Positions 1-10,117 of a stretch of DNA of 64,000 nucleotides are shown here, piece after piece (the first letter of the stretch is position 1; each line of letters begins with the position of its first letter). Both the position numbers and the translations under genes were made by a program. The DNA comes from Frateuria sp. (GTDB taxonomy: Bacteria > Pseudomonadota > Gammaproteobacteria > Xanthomonadales > Rhodanobacteraceae). Location: the NCBI RefSeq assembly GCF_035944355.1, contig NZ_DASZBH010000016.1, forward strand, positions 26,304 to 90,303. The letters are read 5' to 3'. Under the pieces are notes generated by a model that was not told the DNA's origin, did no database searches, and worked only from the letters and a program-made list of their open reading frames with translations.

Positions 1-105
1 CGGGCCGACCCAATCGTCGGTGAAGCCGCTCAGCCAGTGCGTGCCCCAGGTACCGATGAGCAACGCCAGCAGGCTCAGTGCGGTGGTGACGCGCAGGCGC
101 GGCAT
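1..105 (-). CDS. 5' end of an unidentified exported or membrane protein gene that runs off the left edge
   Basis: Minus-strand ATG at 103-105, 21 nt after the thiolase stop. It reads MPRLRVTTALSLLALLIGTWGTHWLSGFTDDWVGP, with GC-rich third positions and a hydrophobic N-terminus. It is absent from the ORF track because the window edge truncates it. Confidence 0.35.
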   Translation of the reverse strand, partial: MPRLRVTTALSLLALLIGTWGTHWLSGFTDDWVGP

Positions 106-126
106 CGCTTTGGACGTCCGGACGGC

Positions 127-1410
127 TCAGCGTTCGAGGATCGCCACCACGCCCATGCCGCCGGCGGTGCAGACCGAGATCAGGCCTCGGCCGCTGCCCT
201 TCTGCGCCAGTTCCTTGGCCAGCGTGGCGACCAGCCGCGCACCCGTCGCAGCGAAGGGATGGCCAACGGCGAGGCTGGAGCCGTGCACGTTGAGCTTGGC
301 CGGATCGATGCTGCCCAGCGGCGCGGCCAGGCCCAGCCGGTTGCGGCAGTAGTCGGCGCTTTCCCATGCGCGCAGGGTGCACAGCACCTGCGCGGCGAAG
401 GCCTCGTGGATCTCGTAGAAGTCGAAGTCCTGCAGACCGAGGTTGTTGCGTGCGAGCAGCCGCGCCACCGCCACGGTCGGCGCCATCAGCAGGCCTTCGC
501 CATGGACGAAGTCGACCGCCGCCACTTCGGCATCGCGCACCCAGGCCTGCACCGGCAGGCCGCGCGCGGCGGCCCAGTCCTCGCCGGCCAGCAGCACCGC
601 GGCGGCACCGTCGGAGAGCGCCGTGGAGTTGCCGGCGGTCAGCGTGCCGTGGCCGGAGCTGCGGTCGAAGGCGGGCTTGAGCGTGGCCAGCTTTTCCATG
701 CTGGTGTCGGGCCGCAGGATGTTGTCGCGCTTGACGCCACGAAAGGGCACCACCAGGTCGTCCATGAAGCCCGCCTCGTAGGCGGCGGCGAGCTTGTGGT
801 GGCTTTGCAGCGCCAGGCGGTCCTGCTCCTCGCGGCCGATGTGCCACTCGCGCGCCATCTTCTCGCAGTGCTCGCCCATCGACATGCCGGTGCGCGGCTC
901 GGCCACGCCCGGAAAGGACGGCTTGAGTTCCGCGAGCGAGAAGCCGCGCGTGGCGGCGGCGAGCTTGTCCTGCCAGCCCTTGGCGCGGTTGATCGAAAGC
1001 AGCCGCTTGCGCAGCCGATCGCCGTAGACGATCGGCACGTCGCTGGTCGTGTCCGACCCGGCGGCGATGCCCGCATCGATCTGCCCCAGCGCGATCTTGT
1101 TGGCCACGATGATCGCGTTGTCCAGCGAGGTGCCGCAGGCGCGCGCGGTGGTGATGCCGGGCGTGGTGGGCGCAAGGCCCGAACTCAACAGCGCCTCGCG
1201 CGCCAGGTTCCAGTCCGATGCGTGCTTGATGACGGCGCCCAGCGCCACTTCGCCCAGCTCCACCCCATGCAGCCCGTACCGCTCCACCAGCGCGCCGAGC
1301 ACCTTCACCGACATGCCGAAGTTGCCGACGTCGGCGTAGGCGGTGTTGTTGCGGCAGAACGGGATGCGCACACCGCCGATCACACCTACGCGCTTGGGGG
1401 TTTTTTCCAT
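127..1410 (-). CDS. acetyl-CoA C-acetyltransferase (thiolase family)
   Basis: ORF 127..1476 trimmed to the internal ATG (MEKTPKRVGVIGG...). Thiolase-type motifs: TTARACGTSLDNAI (active-site Cys region), NVHGSSLAVGHPFAATGARL, ISVCTAGGMG. Confidence 0.9.
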   Translation of the reverse strand: MEKTPKRVGVIGGVRIPFCRNNTAYADVGNFGMSVKVLGALVERYGLHGVELGEVALGAVIKHASDWNLAREALLSSGLAPTTPGITTARACGTSLDNAIIVANKIALGQIDAGIAAGSDTTSDVPIVYGDRLRKRLLSINRAKGWQDKLAAATRGFSLAELKPSFPGVAEPRTGMSMGEHCEKMAREWHIGREEQDRLALQSHHKLAAAYEAGFMDDLVVPFRGVKRDNILRPDTSMEKLATLKPAFDRSSGHGTLTAGNSTALSDGAAAVLLAGEDWAAARGLPVQAWVRDAEVAAVDFVHGEGLLMAPTVAVARLLARNNLGLQDFDFYEIHEAFAAQVLCTLRAWESADYCRNRLGLAAPLGSIDPAKLNVHGSSLAVGHPFAATGARLVATLAKELAQKGSGRGLISVCTAGGMGVVAILER

Positions 1411-1522
1411 GTCCTGGGCGGTCCTGGGCCTTGAGCTACCAAGGCTAACCCGCACGTCCATGCGGCGGAAGCCCAAAAGCGTGAATGGTAGAATCGGAGT
1501 TCCCCGCCGTTCGGAAACCTCG

Positions 1523-2647
1523 ATGGAAGCGCAACCGCTGACCGCCCTGCCGGCGGTACTCGCGCTGGAACTGCCGCCCGGTCAGTCGCCCTCCAACACG
1601 ACCTTCAGCCGCGACCAGGCCGATGCCCTGGCCGGGCTGGTGGCCGAGGACCTGTACGCGCTGCTGCCAGGTATCGGCCAGGCGCGGCTCGCGTTGGCCG
1701 GCGCCTTGTTCGATCCGGTGGAGCTGCTGCGCCCGGGCTTCCCGGTATGGGCCACGCTCGATGAACTGGCTCGCCGCATACCGCGCGGCCACCTGGAAAA
1801 CGTGGTGGCCTTCGGCAGCCACGAGGGCCAGATGCCGGCGCAGACGCTGGTGCCCGAAGCCGAGCATGCCGGCGGCGCGCTGCGCCTGCTGCCGCTGTCG
1901 TTGCTGGCACCCGAGGCGCTGGCCGAGACGCTGGCCGGCCAGATGGAAGTGGAGCTGGTCGGTCGCGGCGAAGCGGGTACGCGCACCGCCGACTGGCTGA
2001 TGCGCACGCTCGGCGTGCCGCTCGAGCATGCCCGCTATTTCAGCCGCAACGACCTGCTCGCGCTGATCTGCGTGCAGTACGAACACGTCAACCTGGCGCC
2101 GCTATGGACGCTGCTCGAAGCGGCGATGCTCACCCCGTACCAGGGCGAAAGCACGCTGAGCGCGCGCGGCCTGCCGCTGCGCTATGCCGAGGGCCGCGTG
2201 CACGCAGGTTCGCCGGCCGCCTGGCTGGCGCGGCAGGCCGGCGACGCGGCGGAACGGGCGCACGCCATCGCCGGGCTGGTATTCGAGCTGCGCCAGTATG
2301 CGGCGCTGCTGCACGCGCACCGGCTGCCGTTAGCGCTGGAGCGGGGCGAGGCGGGCGAGGGCTGGTTGCTCGAAACCCTGGCAGCGCCCGATCCGGCGTT
2401 GCCGCCGCCGAGGCTGGTGGCGCACGAGGCACCCGGCCTGGGCACCATCGCGCTGACCGCCGCGCAGGCAGGACGCGACGGGCAGCCGCGCCTGCTCGCG
2501 CACGGTTACCCGTTGGCGCCGCAGGCCCTGGGCCCGCTGGTGGCCGTGCTGGCCACGCGCCTTGGCATCGAGCCCTCGCTGCATGCCTTGGGCCGCGTGG
2601 TGCTGGATGCCGGTGGGCTGAGTGCGCCGGGGGCCGTGCGCCACTAA
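1523..2647 (+). CDS. hypothetical protein (Ala/Leu-rich, no motif recognised)
   Basis: ORF 1343..2647 trimmed to the ATG at 1523 (MEAQPLTALP...). Long open frame with a coding-like GC3 pattern. No recognisable catalytic or binding motif. Confidence 0.55.
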   Translation: MEAQPLTALPAVLALELPPGQSPSNTTFSRDQADALAGLVAEDLYALLPGIGQARLALAGALFDPVELLRPGFPVWATLDELARRIPRGHLENVVAFGSHEGQMPAQTLVPEAEHAGGALRLLPLSLLAPEALAETLAGQMEVELVGRGEAGTRTADWLMRTLGVPLEHARYFSRNDLLALICVQYEHVNLAPLWTLLEAAMLTPYQGESTLSARGLPLRYAEGRVHAGSPAAWLARQAGDAAERAHAIAGLVFELRQYAALLHAHRLPLALERGEAGEGWLLETLAAPDPALPPPRLVAHEAPGLGTIALTAAQAGRDGQPRLLAHGYPLAPQALGPLVAVLATRLGIEPSLHALGRVVLDAGGLSAPGAVRH

Positions 2648-2788
2648 CCGGGCCGACGAGGATCCGTCGCTGCGGCGCGATTTCCTGCGATCGGCAGGTG
2701 CTTGCCGCCGCTTGATGCCTGTTGGCATCGGCCCGGTGCGGGCGCATGATGGCGCCCAGCGCAGGGGCATGCGCGCAGGGGCCGTGTC

Positions 2789-5317
2789 GTGAACCAACCC
2801 CTTTCTTCGCCGGACGGGTCCCTGACGGACCCGCCCGAAGACGCTGGCCATTCCACGCGGAACTGGCCCGAGCACGTACTGTGCGGCGTACCTGCGCTGA
2901 TCGCCTATTTCGATCCCGAACTGCACGTGCGTTTCGCCAACCGGCCGCCGCGCCGCTGGCTGGCGCTGCCGCCGGAAGGTCTGCTCGGGCGCGCGGCCGG
3001 CGAGCTGCTGGACGAAGCCAGTGCGGCGCGCGTGATCGAAACGCTGCAGGCGGCGCTCGGCGGCCGTCCCGGCACGGTCGAGGGCGTGCTGTTCGCCGGC
3101 TCTGCGCACCGCTACATGCACGCCAGCTTCCAGCCGGACGCCGACGCGCAGGGCCGCGTGCAAGGCGTGTTCGCCGTGTTCATCGACATCACCGAGCGGC
3201 ATGCGCTGGAACTCAAGCTGCGCGAGAGCGAGCAGCGTTTCTTCGGCGCTTTCCAGCACGCCGCCATCGGCATGGCGCTGGTGCGCCCGGACGGCCGCTT
3301 CCTGCGCGTGAACGAAGCGGTGTGCCGCATGCTGGGCTACAGCGAAGAGGAGTTCCTTACCTTAAGCATCGCCGACATCACCCACCCGGACGACTACGCC
3401 GACGACGTGGAACAACTGGAGCGCATGCTCGAAGGCGATGCCGACGCCTACCAGATGGAGAAGCGCAACCTGCACAAGGACGGTCATGTCGTGCACTTCC
3501 AGCTCAGCGTCTCGCTGGTGCGCGACGAGCACGGCAAGCCGCTGTACTTCGTCTCGCAGGTGGAGGACATCAGCCAGCGCAAGCAGTACGAGGAGGCATT
3601 GTTCCGCGAGCGCGAGCTGGCCGAGGTCACGCTCAATTCGATCGGCGACGCGGTGATCGCCGCCGACATGGACCTGCGCGTGACCTCGCTCAACCCGATC
3701 GCCGAAGGCCTGACCGGCTGGAGCGCGACCGAGGCGCGCGGCCGGCCGATGGACGAGGTGTTCCGCCTGCGCGACGTGCGTACCGGCGCGGCGCTGGCCA
3801 ACCCGCTGCGCACGGCGATCGAGCGCAACGCCATCGTCGAGCTGGAAGGCAAGGCGGTGCTGCTCCACCGCAACGGCTTCGAGACGCCGATCGAGGATTC
3901 GTCCGCACCGATCCACGATCACGCCGGCCACGCCATCGGCGGCGTGCTGGTGTTCCGCGACGTCAGCGAGACGCGCGCGCTGACATTGAAGATGATCCAC
4001 CTGACCCAGCTCGACACCCTCACCGGCCTGCCCAACCGCAGCCAGATGCAGGGCCAGATCGAGCAGGTGGTGGCTACCGCGCGCCGTCGCCAGCAGCGCT
4101 GCGCGCTGCTGTACATCGACGTGGACCACTTCAAGCAAATCAACGAGCAGCACGGTCCGGCCAACGGCGACCGGGTGCTACGCGCGCTCGCGGTGCAGCT
4201 GCGCCAGGCGCTGCAGGACGAGGATCTGCTGTGCCGCCACCATGGCGACGAATTCGTGGTCGTGCTGCCGCAGGTGGAGGCTCCCGGCCAGGCCGCCAGC
4301 GTTGCGCAGCGGCTGATCGCCCATGGCGAGCGCACTGCGGTGGCCGGCCTGCCGGAGCTGGCGCTGCGCCTGTCGGTAGGCATCAGCCTGTGCCCGGACG
4401 ATGCGGCCGACGCCGATGCGCTGTTGCGCAACGCCGACAGCGCGATGTACGAGGTCAAGGTCGGCGGCCGCCACAGTTATCGCTTCTTCACCAGCTCGAT
4501 GAACGAGCGCGCCGCGCTGCGGCGGCGCATCGAGGCCGAGCTGCGGCTGGCGATGGCGCGCGAACAACTGTCGCTGTACTACCAGCCCAAGGTGGACGCC
4601 AGCGACGGGCGCATCGTCGGCGCCGAGGCGCTGTTGCGCTGGCACGGCCCCGATGGCGCCGAGCGCTACGCCACCGAGCAGTTCGTCACCGTGGCCGAGG
4701 ACGTCGGCCTGATCGTGCCGCTGGGCGCCTGGGTGCTGCGCCAGGCCTGCCAGCAGGCCGACCACTGGCATGGCCTGGGCATGGGCGTGCCGATCGCGGT
4801 CAACGTCTCGCCGCTGCAGTTCCAGCACACCGCCTTTCTCGCCGACCTGCAGGCGGTGCTCTCCGACTGCGCGCTCGATCCGTCCCTGCTGGAGCTTGAA
4901 CTGACCGAGCGCACCGTGATGGCCGGCGGCGACACCACGATCGCGCTGCTGCAGCGGATCAAGCGCTGCGGCGTGCGGCTGTCGCTGGACGACTTCGGCA
5001 CCGGCTACTGCAGCCTGTCCTACCTCAAGCATTTCCCGGTGGACGCGCTGAAGATCGACCGCGCCTTCGTGCGCGGCGTGGACAACGACACCGACACCGC
5101 CGCGATCACCCAGGCGATCATCGCGATGGCGCGCAGCCTGGGCAAGACGGTGGTGGCCGAGGGCGTGGAAACACAAGCCGAGGCCGACTATCTACGCGCC
5201 GCCGGCTGCGAACAGTTGCAGGGCTTCCTGTTCGGCGCGCCGATGGACGCGGCGGCCTTCGGCAAGCTGCTGACCGAACAGCACCTGCTGCGCTGGGCGT
5301 CCGACCGCAGCCCGTAG
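2789..5317 (+). CDS. PAS/PAC sensor protein with a degenerate GGDEF domain and an EAL phosphodiesterase domain
   Basis: 842-aa ORF with a GTG start. Repeated PAS-like segments. GGDEF-domain context LTGLPNR...DVDHFKQINE...RHHGDEFVVVL. EAL motifs EALLRW, ELTE, DDFGTGYCSLSYL, KIDRAF, VAEGVETQ, QGFLFG. Confidence 0.9.
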   Translation: MNQPLSSPDGSLTDPPEDAGHSTRNWPEHVLCGVPALIAYFDPELHVRFANRPPRRWLALPPEGLLGRAAGELLDEASAARVIETLQAALGGRPGTVEGVLFAGSAHRYMHASFQPDADAQGRVQGVFAVFIDITERHALELKLRESEQRFFGAFQHAAIGMALVRPDGRFLRVNEAVCRMLGYSEEEFLTLSIADITHPDDYADDVEQLERMLEGDADAYQMEKRNLHKDGHVVHFQLSVSLVRDEHGKPLYFVSQVEDISQRKQYEEALFRERELAEVTLNSIGDAVIAADMDLRVTSLNPIAEGLTGWSATEARGRPMDEVFRLRDVRTGAALANPLRTAIERNAIVELEGKAVLLHRNGFETPIEDSSAPIHDHAGHAIGGVLVFRDVSETRALTLKMIHLTQLDTLTGLPNRSQMQGQIEQVVATARRRQQRCALLYIDVDHFKQINEQHGPANGDRVLRALAVQLRQALQDEDLLCRHHGDEFVVVLPQVEAPGQAASVAQRLIAHGERTAVAGLPELALRLSVGISLCPDDAADADALLRNADSAMYEVKVGGRHSYRFFTSSMNERAALRRRIEAELRLAMAREQLSLYYQPKVDASDGRIVGAEALLRWHGPDGAERYATEQFVTVAEDVGLIVPLGAWVLRQACQQADHWHGLGMGVPIAVNVSPLQFQHTAFLADLQAVLSDCALDPSLLELELTERTVMAGGDTTIALLQRIKRCGVRLSLDDFGTGYCSLSYLKHFPVDALKIDRAFVRGVDNDTDTAAITQAIIAMARSLGKTVVAEGVETQAEADYLRAAGCEQLQGFLFGAPMDAAAFGKLLTEQHLLRWASDRSP

Positions 5318-5334
5318 GCGGCCGGCAGGCCGCG

Positions 5335-5802
5335 CTACTCGGCAGCGGCGAGCGCTTCCTCGTACATCAGGTAATGGCAGGGCGCCATGCCGAGCTCGGC
5401 GTAGGTGCGCTGGGCGCGGTGGTTCTCGGTTTCCACGTACAGCCGCAAACCGACCGCACCGGCCTCGCGCGCCCGTTCGCGCACCGCCGCGTACAGCGAG
5501 CGGAACGCACCGCCACGGCGCGCCTGCGGCACCACGTAGACGCTCTGGATCCACCAGAAGTCCCCGCAGCGCCAGTCGCTCCACTCGTAGGTCACCAGCA
5601 GGCAGCCGATCGCCGCGCCGTCGCGTTCGGCGACCAGGTAGAAGCCACGGCGCGGGTCGTCGAACACCGCTTCGACGCCGCGCGCTAGCACGTGGCGATC
5701 CAGCGCCCTGGCCTCGGTCTCCTGCGCCATGGCGAGGTTCCAGTCGGCCAGGTGGGGGATGTCGGCGCGGGTAGCCGGGCGGATACGGGGTGCGTGGGTC
5801 AT
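5335..5802 (-). CDS. GNAT family N-acetyltransferase
   Basis: C-terminal 155 codons of the artefactual 1099-aa ORF (MTHAPRIRPATRADIPHLADWN...). Acetyl-CoA binding-type segment IQSVYVVPQARRGGAFRSLY. ATG confirmed at 5800-5802. Confidence 0.85.
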   Translation of the reverse strand: MTHAPRIRPATRADIPHLADWNLAMAQETEARALDRHVLARGVEAVFDDPRRGFYLVAERDGAAIGCLLVTYEWSDWRCGDFWWIQSVYVVPQARRGGAFRSLYAAVRERAREAGAVGLRLYVETENHRAQRTYAELGMAPCHYLMYEEALAAAE

Positions 5803-5930
5803 GGGGCCTCCGGAGAACCGCGATTCTGCCCTAAACAGCGTGGCTTTCCCGCACCGCTCGCTCCCCTTAGCTTTCCCGCAAGAGGGGAAGGCTCGCGGCC
5901 GGACCTCGCCCGCCTTCGAGGAAGGCCGGC

Positions 5931-7406
<1,476 letters not shown>

Positions 7407-8396
7407 TCAGTGCTCCAGCGGCAGCAGCAGGGTGAAGGTGGTGGCGCCCGGGCCGCCGCCATGGCGCAGCTCGCCGCCGTGCTCGTGCGCGATCTCCCGC
7501 GCCAGGGCGAGGCCCAGGCCGGTGCCGTCGGCGCGGCCGGACACCAGCGGCTCGAACAGCGTCTCGCGCAAGGCGGCCGGCACGCCGGCGCCGTCGTCGG
7601 TCACGTCCAGCCGCAGGGCCGTGCGCAGCACGCGATCGCCCACCCGAACGCCGTGCTCGGCGCGCGTGCGCAGCGCGAGCGTGCGCGCGCCGGCCTCGCG
7701 CGCGTTGCGCGCCAGGTTGAGCAGCAGCTGCTGCAGGCGGTCGGCGTCGCCGTGCAGTTCCGGCAGGCTGGGGTCGTAGTCCTGGCGGACGAGGAGCGGC
7801 GCGGGCTCGGCTTCCAGCAACGCGACTACGCGCTCCAGCACCGCATGCACGTTGAGTGCCTCGCGCCGCGGCGCGCCGCCGCGGCGCAGCAGCCGATCGG
7901 CGAGCGCCGCCAGCCGGTCGGCCTCGGCGATCACCACGCCGGCCAGCGCCTTGAGCTCCGGCTCGTCCACGCGTCGCTCCAGCAGCTGCGCTGCGCCGCG
8001 CAGGCCGGCCAGCGGATTCTTCACCTCGTGCGCGAAACCGCGCAGGCTGGCCGATATGGGCGACTCCTCCGCTGCGGGCGCGGCCAGCACGTGCACTTCC
8101 AGCAACAGGGTGTCCGCATCCAGCGGTTGCAGCGCGGCGTCGCACTGACGATCGCCGGGTAGCGCAAGGCCACGCCAGTGCACCGTGCGCTGCATGTCGC
8201 GCGCGCGCGCGGCTTGCGCCTCGATCGCCCGATCGCCGAGCAAGGCCGCCAGCGATTGGCCCTCCGCGCGGCGCGGCCCCAGCGCCAGCGCCTCGGCCAG
8301 CGCGGGATTGAGCCAGCGCAGGCGCAACCCGGCATCGACCAGGCCCAGTCCGGTCGTCGCCTGCTCCGCCCACGTGCGCCAGTCGGCTCGGTTCAT
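7407..8396 (-). CDS. ntrB: nitrogen-regulation sensor histidine kinase NtrB (NR-II)
   Basis: ORF 7407..8534 trimmed to the ATG at 8396 (MNRADWRTW...). H-box LRGFAHEVKNPLAGLRGAAQLL, N-box LLLNLARNAREA, G-boxes DDGAGVP and GTGLGLALAREI. Lies immediately upstream of ntrC. Confidence 0.85.
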   Translation of the reverse strand: MNRADWRTWAEQATTGLGLVDAGLRLRWLNPALAEALALGPRRAEGQSLAALLGDRAIEAQAARARDMQRTVHWRGLALPGDRQCDAALQPLDADTLLLEVHVLAAPAAEESPISASLRGFAHEVKNPLAGLRGAAQLLERRVDEPELKALAGVVIAEADRLAALADRLLRRGGAPRREALNVHAVLERVVALLEAEPAPLLVRQDYDPSLPELHGDADRLQQLLLNLARNAREAGARTLALRTRAEHGVRVGDRVLRTALRLDVTDDGAGVPAALRETLFEPLVSGRADGTGLGLALAREIAHEHGGELRHGGGPGATTFTLLLPLEH

Positions 8397-8430
8397 TGCA
8401 CCATGATGGGTTTTGCGCCCTGCTGGTGCA
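8397..8430. promoter_or_regulatory. candidate NtrC-binding sites at the ntrB 5' end
   Basis: TGCACCATGATGGGTTT (8397-8413) followed by TGCGCCCTGCTGGTGCA (8414-8430). The second resembles the enteric NtrC consensus TGCACCA-N3-TGGTGCA. Both sit in the 149-bp divergent region between ntrB and the DUF2235 gene. Confidence 0.4.
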
Positions 8431-8545
8431 ATCGCTTCCCTCGGCAACGCGCCGGACCTTGTGCGCGAACAGACACCGCGAGCCACGTGACAGGGGTAGG
8501 GTGCACGGCAGCCACCCGGCGCCAGTCCATCCAAGGAGAGCGGCC

Positions 8546-10057
8546 ATGAGCCAACTGATCGTCTGCTGCGACGGCACCTGGAACACCCTGGAGCACACCG
8601 ACCAGGGCCTGCCCGCGCCGACCAACGTGGCCAAGCTCTACAACGCGGTGGTCAAGGACGCGGAGCAACGGGCCTACTACCACCCGGGCGTGGGCACCAA
8701 CGGCGGGCTGCTCGACCGCTGGGTCGGCGGCGGCACCGGTGCGGGGCTGGAGCGCAACATCATGAGCGCCTACCAGTGGCTGGCCGTGCGCTGGCGCAGC
8801 GGCGACCGCATGTTCCTGTTCGGCTTCAGCCGCGGCGCGTACACCGTGCGCAGCCTGGGCGGGCTGCTCTCCCACGGCGGCCTGCTGGACCTGTCCGATC
8901 CGAAGCTGGCGCTGGCCGAAGTGTGGGCGCGGGTGGAGCGCGTATTCGAGGCCTACCGCAGCGGCAAGCCGTTCGACAATGCCGAAGGTTGGGCCTTCCA
9001 CGGCGTGGCGCCGGGCCAGCCCAGCGCCGGCACCGTGCCGGTGCATTTCATGGGCGTGTGGGACACGGTCGGCGCGCTGGGCATTCCGCTGGAACTTTCG
9101 GTGCTGCGCTTCATCGGCGACCCGCGCCGCTACCAGTTCCACGACACCCGCATCAGTCCGCTGATCCAGAACGCCCGCCACGCGCTGGCCATGGACGAGC
9201 GCCGCGCCGATTTCGCGCCGACGCTGTGGACCGACATCAAGCGCCCGGACAAGGTGCACCAGGTGTGGTTTCCCGGCGTGCACGGCGACGTCGGCGGCGG
9301 CTACGCGCAGGCGGGCCTGTCGGACATCGCGCTGCGCTGGATGATGGAGGAGGCGCAGGCGCTGGGCTTGCGCCTGCGCGAGGACGTGCTGGGGCAATTG
9401 CGACCCGATCCGCAAGCCGTGCTGCACGACTCGCGCCAGGGCCTGTTCAAGCTCGGCCCCACCTGTCCGCGCCCGGTGGCGCGCGTGGCGCAGGCGAGCG
9501 TCGATGCCGGCCTGCTCCATGCGAGCGCGTTGGCACGCCAGACCCATCCGCCGATCACCCAGGGCGACTACTGGCCCGTCCGCCTGCTCGGCCCCGGCGA
9601 GCGCGCCAGCATGGACGTGTACGCCTCGCAGCGCTGGAACGCGACCGGCCTGTATCTGGAAGCGGGCGTGACCTACCGCCTGGCCGGCGCCGGCGAGTGG
9701 CTGGACGGCAGCACGCCCTTCTCGCCGGCCGGCGGCGAGGTCGGCGGCCACCACTTGTCCGACGTCTCGCGGTTGGCCGCCTCGGCGCTGGGCTCGGTGG
9801 AAAACCTGTTCAACACCGTCACCGCAAGCCAGAACGACTTCTGGCTGACGCGCCGGGTGGAGTCCGCGCCATGGCTGGCCCTGCTGGGCTTCGTCGCCAA
9901 CGGCGTGGGCGACGCCAAGGGCGAAACCATCCTGATCGGCGAAGGCTTGAGCTTCACCCCGGCCGCCGGCGGATACCTCTACGCCTACGCCAACGATGCC
10001 TGGCAGACCTACGCCAACAACCACGGCAGCGTGCTGCTTACGGTCGAGCGGTCCTGA
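8546..10057 (+). CDS. DUF2235 (Tle1-like alpha/beta hydrolase) protein with a C-terminal beta-sandwich, possibly LecA/PA-IL-like
   Basis: ORF trimmed to the ATG at 8546, preceded by AAGGAGAG. DUF2235 hallmarks CCDGTWN, FGFSRGAYTVR (GxSxG), GVWDTVGALG, FPGVHGDVGGGY. The C-terminal ~150 aa end in YANDAWQTYANNHGSVLLTV. No signal peptide. Confidence 0.85.
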   Translation: MSQLIVCCDGTWNTLEHTDQGLPAPTNVAKLYNAVVKDAEQRAYYHPGVGTNGGLLDRWVGGGTGAGLERNIMSAYQWLAVRWRSGDRMFLFGFSRGAYTVRSLGGLLSHGGLLDLSDPKLALAEVWARVERVFEAYRSGKPFDNAEGWAFHGVAPGQPSAGTVPVHFMGVWDTVGALGIPLELSVLRFIGDPRRYQFHDTRISPLIQNARHALAMDERRADFAPTLWTDIKRPDKVHQVWFPGVHGDVGGGYAQAGLSDIALRWMMEEAQALGLRLREDVLGQLRPDPQAVLHDSRQGLFKLGPTCPRPVARVAQASVDAGLLHASALARQTHPPITQGDYWPVRLLGPGERASMDVYASQRWNATGLYLEAGVTYRLAGAGEWLDGSTPFSPAGGEVGGHHLSDVSRLAASALGSVENLFNTVTASQNDFWLTRRVESAPWLALLGFVANGVGDAKGETILIGEGLSFTPAAGGYLYAYANDAWQTYANNHGSVLLTVERS

Positions 10058-10071
10058 CGGCCGCCCGAAAC

Positions 10072-10099
10072 GACGACGGGCGCCGCAGCGCCCGTCGTC
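10072..10099. terminator. bidirectional hairpin terminator between the convergent DUF2235 gene and glnA
   Basis: Perfect 12-bp stem GACGACGGGCGC / GCGCCCGTCGTC with a 4-nt loop. On the glnA strand it is followed by GTTTCGGG. It lies in the 60-bp gap between the two stop codons. Confidence 0.55.
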
Positions 10100-10117
10100 C
10101 GCATCCGCCGCCGCGCG

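Noticed and set aside
8500-8516. GGTGCA-CGGCA-GCCACC, a possible third NtrC-like site or promoter element for the DUF2235 gene
   Set aside because: Only one half-site matches the GGTGCA/TGCACC pattern. No sigma54 -24/-12 element lies between it and the ATG at 8546. It is kept only as context for the DUF2235 finding.
8393-10024. 543-aa ORF antisense to the DUF2235 gene
   Set aside because: It carries no motifs and has the Ala/Arg/Gly-rich composition typical of antisense frames in high-GC genomes. The sense frame carries clear DUF2235 hallmarks.
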